A DNA stretch of 64,000 bases from an uncultured delta proteobacterium (lineage in GTDB: Bacteria; Desulfobacterota; Binatia; UBA9968). Shown one piece after another: positions 32,501 through 42,354 of the stretch (the stretch's first letter is position 1; the number at the start of each line of letters is the position of its first letter). The notes beneath the pieces are model-generated. The model did not search any database. It saw nothing but the letters and a program-made list of their open reading frames with translations, and had not been told where the DNA came from. The position numbers were made by a program, and so were the translations under genes. The stretch covers positions 160,001-224,000 of the forward strand of contig CAVTUQ010000037.1 in NCBI GenBank assembly GCA_963737905.1, in the 5' to 3' direction.

Positions 32501-32727
32501 GTGAAGCCGAGCACTATCACTTCACCAGCTCGCTACCGGTAACACTTCTCAAGTTACTCGCGCCGACCATCATCGCAAAACTGGACAAGAATGGGGTCCA
32601 ACACCCTGCGACCCCCAGCGAAGCAATTCAGAGCGAGGTGGATGCTCGCAAGATCGATTTCAAACCTTTGAACTCCCCATCTGAAATCACAGGCCGCCAG
32701 GCCTCGGGCATGTCCAAGGGTCAGTGA
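29570..32727 (+). CDS. large bifunctional transglycosylase/penicillin-binding protein; frameshifts near 31130 and 31560
   Basis: N-terminal TM; QGGSTLAVQLEK GT51 motif; STAK (SxxK), STN (SxN) and KTG spread over three ORFs. Confidence 0.8.
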
Positions 32728-32772
32728 TATCATCTAAATCTGTCATCTGACGATTCTGACGCGCAACGAGGA

Positions 32773-33462
32773 TCAAGTACCACGACGATTACCGAACAGC
32801 TCGATGTGGAGCCGTGGCGTGTAGCCGAAGCCGTACTCTTTGCACAGCTCGATGATCCACTTTATTTTATTCCGTAGCTCTCTCATCGTCTTGCCCTGCC
32901 CCATGATCAAGACCCGAGAGCGGTCCACGTCTTCCAAGCGGCCAAGAATCTCTTGGATCTCATCGAAATCCTCCCTCTGATCCACCACAAACTTTAGCTG
33001 GTAGTCGTAACCATCGATGAATTGCCGCATCACCTCGAAGTTGAGCCGCGCCGTCTCATGCATTTTCGCGAATGTACCCTTGGCTCGTTGCCAAGGCGTA
33101 GAATGAGCGAGCTTTGGGCTCATGGAAACGAGATCACAGGTCACCGGCTTGAACAGGGTCGCCGCAGTTTCAATGGTGATGTGAGCTCCCAAGGCTTTGA
33201 GCTGCGCCGTCAGCTCTTCAATTTCTGCCGCCAGAAGCGGTTCACCTCCCGTCACCACAACGGGCCGACCCGCGTACTTTGCCACCTCATTCAGAATTTC
33301 CCCGACGCTCCACTTTCTTCCCTCAGGTGCCCATGACGTATAGGGTGTATCGCACCAGACACAGCGCAAGTTGCAACCCGACGTGCGGATAAAAACCGAA
33401 GGCATGCCGACGAACCTGCCTTCGCCCTGTATGGAATAGAAGATTTCCGCAATCTGCACCAA
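32773..33462 (-). CDS. queE: 7-carboxy-7-deazaguanine synthase QueE (radical SAM)
   Basis: EIFYSIQGEG, CNLRCVWCDT, TGGEP, SPK, PRLH. Confidence 0.88.
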   Translation of the reverse strand: MVQIAEIFYSIQGEGRFVGMPSVFIRTSGCNLRCVWCDTPYTSWAPEGRKWSVGEILNEVAKYAGRPVVVTGGEPLLAAEIEELTAQLKALGAHITIETAATLFKPVTCDLVSMSPKLAHSTPWQRAKGTFAKMHETARLNFEVMRQFIDGYDYQLKFVVDQREDFDEIQEILGRLEDVDRSRVLIMGQGKTMRELRNKIKWIIELCKEYGFGYTPRLHIELFGNRRGT

Positions 33463-33591
33463 ACCAACATTAACAAAGCCTTGACCGCTAAGAAAGGCGA
33501 CCCGTCGAGCCGGACCGAAGTTGATTCTCGACCTCTAGCTTTGCTTGTGATAAATGTAAAAGGTTGGAATCTTTTGGAAACAACTCGATCG

Positions 33592-33834
33592 ATGAACGCA
33601 AATAAGGAAGCGCTACTGGCAGAGGAACGGAAACTTCGCAGGCTGAGCCGGGCCATGGACATCGCAGCGATATTGCTCTGGGAGGTCGATCTCACTTTGG
33701 AGGAAGCCCAGGAGATCGTAAACCACGCGAAGCACACCGCGCTTCAACTGTTTCCGGACAAAGAAGCGACCTTTGATTTGATCTACGGTCCTCGTTTCCG
33801 GCGCATCCTGGCGGAAAAATATCGCCTGCAATAG
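33592..33834 (+). CDS. small helical hypothetical protein
   Basis: 80-aa ORF with LFPDKEATFDLIYGPRFRRIL C-terminus; fills the gap between queE and uvrA. Confidence 0.65.
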   Translation: MNANKEALLAEERKLRRLSRAMDIAAILLWEVDLTLEEAQEIVNHAKHTALQLFPDKEATFDLIYGPRFRRILAEKYRLQ

Positions 33835-33907
33835 AGCTTTAAACTAAGTTATGAGTGATTTTAACGATACGATGAATAATGCGCTTCTGAAAAACCTTCA
33901 TGGAAGG

Positions 33908-34026
33908 GCGGTCAAAAAGGCCTCAGATGCAAGGCGCGCGATGATCGACAAGCGGAGGCGTACGTAAAATAGTACGTTGGAGCGAGTCGGGCAAGCGCAA
34001 CGAAGCAGATGGGCCTTTTTCAGCGG
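33908..34026. repeat. about 120-bp dispersed palindromic (MITE/REP-like) element directly upstream of uvrA
   Basis: Inverted ends aaaaaggcc / ggccttttt, internal cgtac...gtacg stem; a second partial copy at 5246-5271. Confidence 0.7.
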
Positions 34027-34035
34027 ACTTGAGTC

Positions 34036-37000
34036 ATGAGCCAGAACTGGATCGATATCCGGGGCGCCAAACAAAACAATCTCAAGAATCTTGACTTGCA
34101 AATACCCCTGAACGCTCTGACGGTCATCACCGGCGTGAGCGGGTCAGGAAAATCGACCTTGGCCTTCGACATTCTCTATGCGGAGGGTCAGCGACGGTAC
34201 GTCGAAAGCTTTTCCGCCTACGCGCGGCAGTTTCTCGACCGGATGGACAAGCCCGATGTGGAGAGCATTGAGGGCATTCCGCCGACCATCGCCATCGATC
34301 AGAGCCGGCCGGTCAGAACTTCGCGCTCCACCGTCGGCACGATGACCGAGCTCCACGATCATTTCAAGCTGCTTTTCTCCAAGATCGCCGTGCTCCATTG
34401 CCGCGGCTGCGACCGAATCGTCGAGCGCGACAGCGCTCAAACGGTTTTGGCGAAACTTTCTTCTCTACCGGAAGCCACGCCCATCGTTGTCACGTTTCCG
34501 CTCGCTCCTTCTTCCCTGCCGTGGGACGAAGTAAAAAGCGGTCTACAGCAAGCCGGCTTTCATCGGCTGCTCATGGAGCGAGATATCCATGATCTCATTG
34601 AAATCGGCGTAGCGCCGCCGAGCGATGCAACGTTGGAAGTTATCGCGGATCGAGTCGCCTATCGTCCCGGCAACAAGAAGAGAATTTCTGATTCTTTGGA
34701 GCAAGCCTTTCACTACGGCAAGGGAAGGTTGAATCTTTTCTTCCCGCAAGAAAATTGGCGGCGGGAGCCCATCAGCAACCATCTCCATTGCCCACACTGT
34801 GACATCTCTTATCGTGATCCTGTGGCTAATCTTTTTTCGTTTAACAGCCCATTGGGCGCTTGCGAAACCTGTCGCGGGTTTGGCCGGGTCATCGATATCG
34901 ATTTGGATTTAGTCATTCCGGATCCCGGCAAGTCCCTGAACGAAGGCGCCATCAAGCCGTGGATCAATCGCACCCGTAGAACTCGCCGGCTGTTGGATTT
35001 CTGCGACCGCAAACGGATCCCCACCAAGAAGCCGTTCGGGGACCTTACCGAGAAGCAAAAGCAGCTGATCCTGGAGGGCGACGGCGACTACAAGGGGATT
35101 CGGGGCTGGTTTCGCCGTCTTGAGCGCAAGAGTTATCGCATGCATGTGCGGGTGCTGCTGTCGCGCTACCGCGCCTATCTTCTCTGTCCCGACTGTCAGG
35201 GCAGCCGTCTCAAACCAGACGCGCTTCAGTATCGGATCGAAGGCAAGGATGTCGCGCAAGTCAACGCCATGAATGTCGGTGAGGCTCACCGCTTTTTTAC
35301 CCAACTCAAGCCGGCCGGAGCTAAAGATCAAATCGCGAGCCTGATTCTCGACGAGATTCGCCGGCGTCTCAGTTATCTTGTCGGGGTCGGCCTTGAATAC
35401 TTGACGTTGGACCGCCAGTCGCGGACGCTCTCCGGCGGCGAGTTGGAGCGAGTCGACCTCACCACCGCCATCGGTTCATCATTGGTCAACACGTTGTATG
35501 TGCTGGATGAGCCCTCCATCGGGCTCCATCCCCGCGATAGCCGCCGGCTGGTGGAGATCCTCCATCGTCTGCGAGCGAATCAAAACACCGTCGTCGTGGT
35601 GGAGCACGATCCCGAGATCATCAAAGAAAGCGACTACATCATCGACCTCGGCCCCAAAGCAGGCGAGCAGGGCGGGCAAGTGATGTTCGCCGGCTCCTAC
35701 CATGATCTTCTGAAGAACGAAGAATCGCTAACCGCGGCTTACCTGAGCCAACGCAAGATGATCCCGTTCCCTTCCCGCAACCGTAAGCAGCTCTTGCAAC
35801 GGTCCATCAAGATCACCGGCGCGCATGCGAACAACCTGAAGAATATCGACGTCGAGATTCCGCTGGGTGTTTTTGTCTGCATTACGGGTGTTTCAGGATC
35901 GGGGAAGTCGAGCCTCGTCGATGAAGTCCTTCACCGGAATCTGAAAAAACTCAAGGAAGCTCCCTCCGCAAATATCGTTCACTGTGCGAAAATTGAAGGG
36001 GTGGACAAGATCTCCGAGGTCGTCTTGGTCGATCAGTCACCGGTAGGGACCACGCCGAGGTCTAATCCGGTGACGTACATGAAGGTCTTCGACGCCATCC
36101 GCAGGCTCTTCGCCATCGCCGACCTCTCGCGCATGCGCGGTTACACGCCATCGACCTTTTCTTTCAATGTAGAAGGCGGACGGTGCGAAACCTGCCGCGG
36201 CGAGGGTTTTGAAAAAATTGAGATGCAATTCCTCTCGGACGTCTACACATCCTGTCCGGAGTGTCACGGCAGCCGGTACCGTGAAGAAGTTCTCGAAGTC
36301 ACCTACCGAGGCAAAAACATCCGACGGATCTTAGATCTCACGGTCTCCGAAGCTATGGAGTTCTTCAAGGACCTGCCTGAAATAAAGGAAGGGCTCTATC
36401 CGCTGCGCGCCGTGGGGCTCGAATATGTTCGGCTCGGACAGCCCCTCACGACACTGTCCGGCGGAGAATCGCAGCGGTTGAAATTGGCCGCGCACATGGC
36501 CAAGGCCAAGAAGGCCGGAACGCTTTTCGTTTTCGATGAGCCTACCACTGGTTTACATTTCCACGACATCGACCGGCTGCTTTGGGCGTTCAATGAATTG
36601 ATCGATCAAGGCCACTCCGTCGTCGTCATCGAACATAACTTGGAAGTGGTCAAGTGCGCCGATCACATCATCGACCTTGGGCCGGAAGGGGGCGACGGCG
36701 GAGGCTGCATCGTCGCCACCGGTACTCCGGAGCAAATTTCACGCGTCGAAAGCTCTCACACCGGCGTTTATCTACGGCCTTATCTAAAAAAAGCAGCCCC
36801 CTCTCCTTTCACGCCGCTGCTTGAAAAGCGTTCAAGGATTCAAGAGTTCAGGGGCTCAACGGCAGAGAACGCCATTACGATCGTCGGCGCCAAGGAGCAC
36901 AATCTCAAGAATATCAGCCTCGCCATTCCCCGAGACCGTTTCGTGGTCATCACCGGCTTGAGCGGCTCGGGGAAATCCTCGCTGGCGTTCGACATCATCT

Positions 37001-39717
37001 ACGCGGAAGGACAGCGGCGTTACATCGACAGCCTTTCCGCTTATGCGCGGCAGTTTCTTCAGATCATGGCGAAGCCTAATGTCGATCTGCTCGCCGGTAT
37101 ACCCCCGACGGTCGCTATCGAGCAAAGGCTCAGCCAAGGCGGCAAGAAATCGACCGTTGCCACGGTGACGGAGATCTATCACTACCTGCGGCTGCTCTAC
37201 TCCAAAGTCGGAAAACAGCACTGCGTTCAATGCGGCCGGCAAATTCGGTCTCTCAGTCGCAGCCAAATCTTCGATCGCATCGGTCGTTCCTATCGCGGCA
37301 AAGAGGTGATGATCTTGAGCCCCATCGTGCGCGGGCGCAAAGGTTTCCACAAAGAAGTCATCGCCGGCGCGCGACGGTTGGGTTATCGCAGGGCGCGTAT
37401 CGACGGCGAGCTGCTCGATCTCAGGGCGCCTCAGCTTACCCAGGGTTTGGAGCGGTTTAAGGAGCATGACATCGACATCGTGATCGGCAAAGCGAAAGCG
37501 GGCGGACGCGATGTTGAGGCGCTGGTGGATCAGGGGCTCCGCATTGGGAACGGCGTGATTCATCTCATATCCGAGCGGGGTGAGCAAATCTTCAATCAGC
37601 GCCTTTTCTGTCTCCGGTGCGGCATCGGCTATGAGCCCCTCGATCCGCGGCTGTTCTCTTTCAACAGCCGGCAAGGGGCTTGTTCAGAATGCGGCGGCAT
37701 GGGCTTTCAATGGGACTTCGATCCTGGACTGCTCTTCGCCAATCCGCGGCAGTCGGTCAGCGAAACTTTAAACGGCATTTCCGCTTTCACCTCAGAAAAT
37801 GGAACCAGCCTGCGCCGCTCTATGGAGCGTCTTCTGAAAGAATTGGCGGAAAAGCACAACATCGATATCGATAAGCCTTTCGGACGCCTGGCCAAGAAAA
37901 CGCAAGAACAAGTGCTCTACGGCACCAGTGGCCGTTCCGGATTTGTCGGCTTCATCCCTCATCTGCGAGAGCTATGGCAGAATGGCGAAAAAGACGGAAA
38001 CCAGGATCTCGCAGAGCTTTTGAGCGAATCTCCCTGCGATAGTTGCCATGGGAGAAGACTCAATTCACGGGCTCAAGCCGTGCGCGTGGACGGTAAGTCG
38101 ATTTGGCAGCTCACGGCGCTGTCGGTACAGGAGTCCAAAGACTATTTCGACTCATTGCAGCTCGCCTACGCCGATAATGGCGCTGCGGAACGCGACCGCG
38201 CGGTGGCGGACAAGATTCTTAAAGAAATCCAACAACGACTCACGTTCCTCTCGGAAGTCGGTTTGCCTTATCTGACCCTCGACCGCCGTGCGGACACGCT
38301 GTCCGGCGGTGAGGCGCAGCGCATTCGGCTTGCAGCGCAACTTGGATCGAATCTCCGCGGCGTCTGCTACATCTTGGACGAACCTACGATCGGTCTTCAC
38401 CCGCGCGACAACGCCATGCTGCTGCGCACCCTGCGCCGGCTCGGGGCAGTCGGTAACAGCGTGTTGGTGGTCGAGCACGACGAGGCAACGATTGAATCCG
38501 CCGATCTCATCGTCGACCTCGGACCGGGCGCGGGTGTTCGCGGCGGGAACGTTGTTTCTATCGGATCGCCCACGGAGATCAGGAACAACCCCAATTCTCT
38601 TACGGGAATGTTTCTCAAAGCGGAGCGCAAGCGGCTCGGCCCGACGCGTGAACTTAGTAACACTAATTGGCTCACCATCCGAGAAGCAAAAGCTAACAAT
38701 CTCAAAAACGTCGACGTGCGCTTGCCGCTCGGCATGTGGACCTGTGTCACGGGGATCTCCGGGTCAGGAAAAAGCACTTTGGTCAAGGAAATCCTTTACA
38801 AGGGCCTGAAGACAAAGATCGGCCAATTCGCCGGACGGCCGGGCGCGCACAGGGAGATTATCGGCTGGCAGTCGCTGGAACGAATCGTCGAGGTCGATCA
38901 AACCCCCATCGGCAAAACTCCCCGTTCTGTCCCGGCCTCTTATGTCGGCTTGTTGGACGAGATCCGCAAACTTTACGCGCTCGCGCCGGAGTCTCGGCTG
39001 CGAGGCTACACCTCGAGCCGATTTTCATTCAACGTCCGAGGCGGGCGTTGCGAGGAATGCGCGGGCCAGGGAAAAATTCGCAAAGAGATGAGTTTCTTGC
39101 CGGATGTCTTCGTGGATTGCGAGGTCTGCGGCGGCCAGCGGTTCAATGAAGAGACGCTCAGCATTCGTTACAATGATAAAAATATCGCCGATGTTTTCCA
39201 CATGACCGTAGAAGAGGCCGTGCCGTTCTTCCACGCCATTCCAAAAGTCGCCCGGCCACTCAAGATCCTCGATGACATCGGCATGGGCTACATCACACTC
39301 GGGCAGGCCAGCAACACGCTATCCGGGGGTGAAGCGCAGAGAATCAAGCTTGCCTATGAGTTGGGCAAGGAGTCCCATGGGAAAACCCTCTACGTTTTGG
39401 ATGAGCCCACCACAGGGCTCCACTTTGTCGACGTGGAGAAACTGATTCACATTCTTCATCGTCTGGTGGAAATGGGCAACACGGTTGTCACCATCGAGCA
39501 CAACCTCGACATCGTAAAGGACGCGGATTATCTAATCGACCTGGGACCTGAAGGTGGCGAACAAGGCGGCTACGTCGTCGCCTGCGGCCCGCCCTTGGAA
39601 GTTGCCAAAGATGGTAAGCAATCCCATACGGCTCGATTTCTCCGGGAGTACCTCAATGGCGGGCCGGCGAAATCATCCGGCGACGTTACGACGGTACATC
39701 ATGAAGAAGTAGCATAG
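34036..39717 (+). CDS. uvrA: excinuclease ABC subunit A, double-length (two fused UvrA units)
   Basis: 1893 aa; four Walker A motifs (GVSGSGKST, GVSGSGKSS, GLSGSGKSS, GISGSGKST), four LSGGE signatures, repeated FSFN and Zn-finger motifs. Confidence 0.95.
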   Translation: MSQNWIDIRGAKQNNLKNLDLQIPLNALTVITGVSGSGKSTLAFDILYAEGQRRYVESFSAYARQFLDRMDKPDVESIEGIPPTIAIDQSRPVRTSRSTVGTMTELHDHFKLLFSKIAVLHCRGCDRIVERDSAQTVLAKLSSLPEATPIVVTFPLAPSSLPWDEVKSGLQQAGFHRLLMERDIHDLIEIGVAPPSDATLEVIADRVAYRPGNKKRISDSLEQAFHYGKGRLNLFFPQENWRREPISNHLHCPHCDISYRDPVANLFSFNSPLGACETCRGFGRVIDIDLDLVIPDPGKSLNEGAIKPWINRTRRTRRLLDFCDRKRIPTKKPFGDLTEKQKQLILEGDGDYKGIRGWFRRLERKSYRMHVRVLLSRYRAYLLCPDCQGSRLKPDALQYRIEGKDVAQVNAMNVGEAHRFFTQLKPAGAKDQIASLILDEIRRRLSYLVGVGLEYLTLDRQSRTLSGGELERVDLTTAIGSSLVNTLYVLDEPSIGLHPRDSRRLVEILHRLRANQNTVVVVEHDPEIIKESDYIIDLGPKAGEQGGQVMFAGSYHDLLKNEESLTAAYLSQRKMIPFPSRNRKQLLQRSIKITGAHANNLKNIDVEIPLGVFVCITGVSGSGKSSLVDEVLHRNLKKLKEAPSANIVHCAKIEGVDKISEVVLVDQSPVGTTPRSNPVTYMKVFDAIRRLFAIADLSRMRGYTPSTFSFNVEGGRCETCRGEGFEKIEMQFLSDVYTSCPECHGSRYREEVLEVTYRGKNIRRILDLTVSEAMEFFKDLPEIKEGLYPLRAVGLEYVRLGQPLTTLSGGESQRLKLAAHMAKAKKAGTLFVFDEPTTGLHFHDIDRLLWAFNELIDQGHSVVVIEHNLEVVKCADHIIDLGPEGGDGGGCIVATGTPEQISRVESSHTGVYLRPYLKKAAPSPFTPLLEKRSRIQEFRGSTAENAITIVGAKEHNLKNISLAIPRDRFVVITGLSGSGKSSLAFDIIYAEGQRRYIDSLSAYARQFLQIMAKPNVDLLAGIPPTVAIEQRLSQGGKKSTVATVTEIYHYLRLLYSKVGKQHCVQCGRQIRSLSRSQIFDRIGRSYRGKEVMILSPIVRGRKGFHKEVIAGARRLGYRRARIDGELLDLRAPQLTQGLERFKEHDIDIVIGKAKAGGRDVEALVDQGLRIGNGVIHLISERGEQIFNQRLFCLRCGIGYEPLDPRLFSFNSRQGACSECGGMGFQWDFDPGLLFANPRQSVSETLNGISAFTSENGTSLRRSMERLLKELAEKHNIDIDKPFGRLAKKTQEQVLYGTSGRSGFVGFIPHLRELWQNGEKDGNQDLAELLSESPCDSCHGRRLNSRAQAVRVDGKSIWQLTALSVQESKDYFDSLQLAYADNGAAERDRAVADKILKEIQQRLTFLSEVGLPYLTLDRRADTLSGGEAQRIRLAAQLGSNLRGVCYILDEPTIGLHPRDNAMLLRTLRRLGAVGNSVLVVEHDEATIESADLIVDLGPGAGVRGGNVVSIGSPTEIRNNPNSLTGMFLKAERKRLGPTRELSNTNWLTIREAKANNLKNVDVRLPLGMWTCVTGISGSGKSTLVKEILYKGLKTKIGQFAGRPGAHREIIGWQSLERIVEVDQTPIGKTPRSVPASYVGLLDEIRKLYALAPESRLRGYTSSRFSFNVRGGRCEECAGQGKIRKEMSFLPDVFVDCEVCGGQRFNEETLSIRYNDKNIADVFHMTVEEAVPFFHAIPKVARPLKILDDIGMGYITLGQASNTLSGGEAQRIKLAYELGKESHGKTLYVLDEPTTGLHFVDVEKLIHILHRLVEMGNTVVTIEHNLDIVKDADYLIDLGPEGGEQGGYVVACGPPLEVAKDGKQSHTARFLREYLNGGPAKSSGDVTTVHHEEVA

Positions 39718-39957
39718 CGGGGAATATTCATGAACCCAGGAAAAAGGCACCGCATACTGCAGACCGAGGAACGAGCATCGGAGCGAGCGGGCACAGGAAC
39801 GCAGTGCTCCACTGAGTTTTATGGGCTCAGCCATAAACTTGCCCTTCTTCATCACTCTCCGCTTCGCCATTCAATTTGCAGGCCTCCTCAAGGCACAGAC
39901 CTATTGCCCGCGACCGGAGAGGCTTGCTCCTCGGTCACGTGAACAATGTAGGCTAGC

Positions 39958-40410
39958 ATGTCGAGCAAAATGCTATCGATGCTCGGCGCAGGCCTTCGGC
40001 TCAAGTGTCCACGCTGCGGCGTGGGTCCCTTGTATCGACGCCCTTTCTCTATGAATAGCCATTGCTTCCACTGTGGCCTGAAGTTCGAGCGCGAGCAGGG
40101 TTATTTCGTCGGCGCCATTTATATCAACTACGCAGCCACCGTGGCTATCGCGGTTCCAGGTTTTTTTCTTCTGGATACTTTCACTCATATGACGATTCAC
40201 CGGCAGCTAGCCATCTGGGTTCCCTTCTCGGTGATCTTTCCGCTGTTATTTTTCCATCATTCAAGGAGCCTCTGGCTGGTGCTGGACCACCTATTCAACC
40301 CAGCAGCGAGTCTCTACCCCGTGCCGCCAAAGAAACCGGCTAGTCTTTCTTCCTCTGACAACGAATCGCCGCCTCTGCCCACGCGCCGAGCCGGTCGCCG
40401 TCCTCGATAA
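39958..40410 (+). CDS. DUF983-like Zn-ribbon membrane protein
   Basis: CPRCGVGPLY...CFHCG followed by two TM segments. Confidence 0.78.
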   Translation: MSSKMLSMLGAGLRLKCPRCGVGPLYRRPFSMNSHCFHCGLKFEREQGYFVGAIYINYAATVAIAVPGFFLLDTFTHMTIHRQLAIWVPFSVIFPLLFFHHSRSLWLVLDHLFNPAASLYPVPPKKPASLSSSDNESPPLPTRRAGRRPR

Positions 40411-40660
40411 TCTCCACAGGCACCTGGTAGTAGTTTTTTAGCGTCTGCTTCGGGTTGGGCCGGAAGGGTTTCATTTTTCGCCTGCGATATTCGCCAACCG
40501 TAGATTTATCAACTTTAAAATACAGCTTCCCCTTGTGAAGGATGCCGAAGAAAGTCTCGTCCCGATAGAGCCCGTAGCCGCCGAACATCCGTCGCGCCTC
40601 GACGCCGTCCAGGTCCTGCAACTGATCCAAAACAAAATCCTTGAACGACTCATCCTTCAC
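40340..40660 (-). CDS. TfoX N-terminal domain protein
   Basis: RRMFGGYGLY, LYFKVD, YYQVP motifs. Confidence 0.88.
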   Translation of the reverse strand: MKDESFKDFVLDQLQDLDGVEARRMFGGYGLYRDETFFGILHKGKLYFKVDKSTVGEYRRRKMKPFRPNPKQTLKNYYQVPVEIIEDGDRLGAWAEAAIRCQRKKD

Positions 40661-40695
40661 TTAACTGCTCCCAACCAGCCTAGTATAATGTCGGT

Positions 40696-40736
40696 GAAAC
40701 AGTTTGAACGTTTTGAACGGCTTGAACGTTTGGAAC
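40696..40736. repeat. 9-bp tandem repeat (TTGAACGnn)
   Basis: gaaacagtt tgaacgttt tgaacggct tgaacgttt ggaac. Confidence 0.7.
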
Positions 40737-40864
40737 CGTCTTATCATCCCACCGCCGGCGCCACATAGCTCACCGGCGTAAACTGCATCGCTGTGAGAAC
40801 CAAGATAAGATATAGGAGAGCGGCACAGCAAGACGGTCACGGGCAGATTTTAGAGTCGCTTGAC

Positions 40865-41348
40865 TCAGCGCGCTGTCGGTGCTTGGAACTGAATAGTATC
40901 TCCGACGCGAATGGAGCCGCCCCTGATGATCTCCGCCCTCAAACCACCCCGGTGAACTAACCCTCGCAGCGCCCCTTTGACGGTTAGTTTCTCCATATGG
41001 GCGCACGGCTCGCACAACCGCGTACCGCGGAGAACGACATCACCGATGCGAAATTCTTGTTCGACGAGATGATTGAGCGCAATGCCCCGCGTCACAATAT
41101 TGCGCCTCGACTCGCCCGGATCTAATTGAACCTCATACTCTCTCTTTAGACCCTCGATCGCTTCAATTTCTATTAGAGTCACGTCGCGGCCGGATCCAGG
41201 TTGATTAGAGTAAGTTCCAAGCTTGCTGTAATAGCGATCTCCCTCCAGCTCCTCTGCCGACTATTACTTGCGCATCGGCAACCGACCTCATGGGCGCGGC
41301 CCCGGTGGGCGCAATATGGATCGCAATGACAGTACCTTGTCCCGCCAT
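40865..41348 (-). CDS. MOSC domain protein; frameshift near 41250
   Basis: MAGQGTVIAIHIAP...GLEGDRY, RRNIVTRG, CEPCAHM, RGGLRAEI. Confidence 0.85.
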
Positions 41349-41351
41349 TTG

Positions 41352-42224
41352 TCAGCCCGCCTTCCTTTTTGCGATCAGGGCCGTAATCTCAGGCGTCTGC
41401 ATCCCCTCTTTGAGAGCTGTAATCGTCCCTTTTTCGAGAATTTCCTGCGCTAGCTTTCTTGTGCCACCGATGGCGGCCTTAAGAAAGGCCGAACCATAGC
41501 TGACTCTGGCGACTCCTAGGTCCTGTAATTCGCTCACACTCGGAGCCTGCGGTCCAGCAAGGATGCTAATCGGCGCTTTGACCTCCTTGGCAAGGCGGCC
41601 AATGATCTCGCTCGAATGGACGAACAAGTAGAAGATACAGTCCCCACCGGCTTCTGCGTAGGCGTTGCCACGCCGAATCGCTTCATCCAGCGCTTTTTTT
41701 GGATCGTCAGTCATGAGATGGAATGCATCCACTCTGGCATTGAGAAAAAACTCGCTGTCGAGCGCGCGCTTGGTTTCCATGACGGCCTTGATCTTCCGAA
41801 GCTGTTCTGACAATTCCACTAGACCGCGCGCTCCGCCCGGCTTGCCACCCGCCCCGTCTTCCAGATTCATTCCCGCTACGCCTGCCGCAATCAATCGGTG
41901 GACGGTTTCTTTGATCTCATTCTCATCACCGTAACCCCGTTCACCGTCCGCGTTTAGTGGAACAGAAACCGCTGCGGCGAACTTGCCTGTGATTTCGACA
42001 AACTGGTCCCGACTCATGATCTCGCCGTCTGGATAGCCTAACACAGCGGCGATACCGCCGCTGGTACCCTGGATCGCTTTGAAACCCATCTGTTCGAATA
42101 AAAGGGCGCTCAGTACGTCATACGCTCCCGGCATGACAAGAATTTCCGGCGCGCGAACGAGCTCTCTAAGTCTCCGACTTTTAGCATTGGCCGCTGCTAC
42201 GGTGGCAAGTTTGATCGACTCCAT
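41352..42224 (-). CDS. isocitrate lyase/PEP mutase family protein
   Basis: PGAYDVLSA, ADGERGYG, GMNLEDG, NARVD, AYAEAGGDC. Confidence 0.88.
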   Translation of the reverse strand: MESIKLATVAAANAKSRRLRELVRAPEILVMPGAYDVLSALLFEQMGFKAIQGTSGGIAAVLGYPDGEIMSRDQFVEITGKFAAAVSVPLNADGERGYGDENEIKETVHRLIAAGVAGMNLEDGAGGKPGGARGLVELSEQLRKIKAVMETKRALDSEFFLNARVDAFHLMTDDPKKALDEAIRRGNAYAEAGGDCIFYLFVHSSEIIGRLAKEVKAPISILAGPQAPSVSELQDLGVARVSYGSAFLKAAIGGTRKLAQEILEKGTITALKEGMQTPEITALIAKRKAG

Positions 42225-42354
42225 CGGGTTCTCCTGATGGCAAAATGGGCTAATTTCGCTAACGGCGTGTATCCTAAATCCGAAAAATGAGCGAAGCAAG
42301 CGTGAAAAAACGAGGGCCGAAACGGGTCGATGGGACTGACCAACAGTTTTTAGC

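Noticed and set aside
28159-33462. A complete Dnd or Dpd DNA-modification island
   Set aside because: No dndC/D/E, dpdA/C or other que genes in the window; kept only as a weak hypothesis
33463-33590. preQ1 riboswitch upstream of queE
   Set aside because: No recognisable preQ1 stem with A-rich tail on the minus strand
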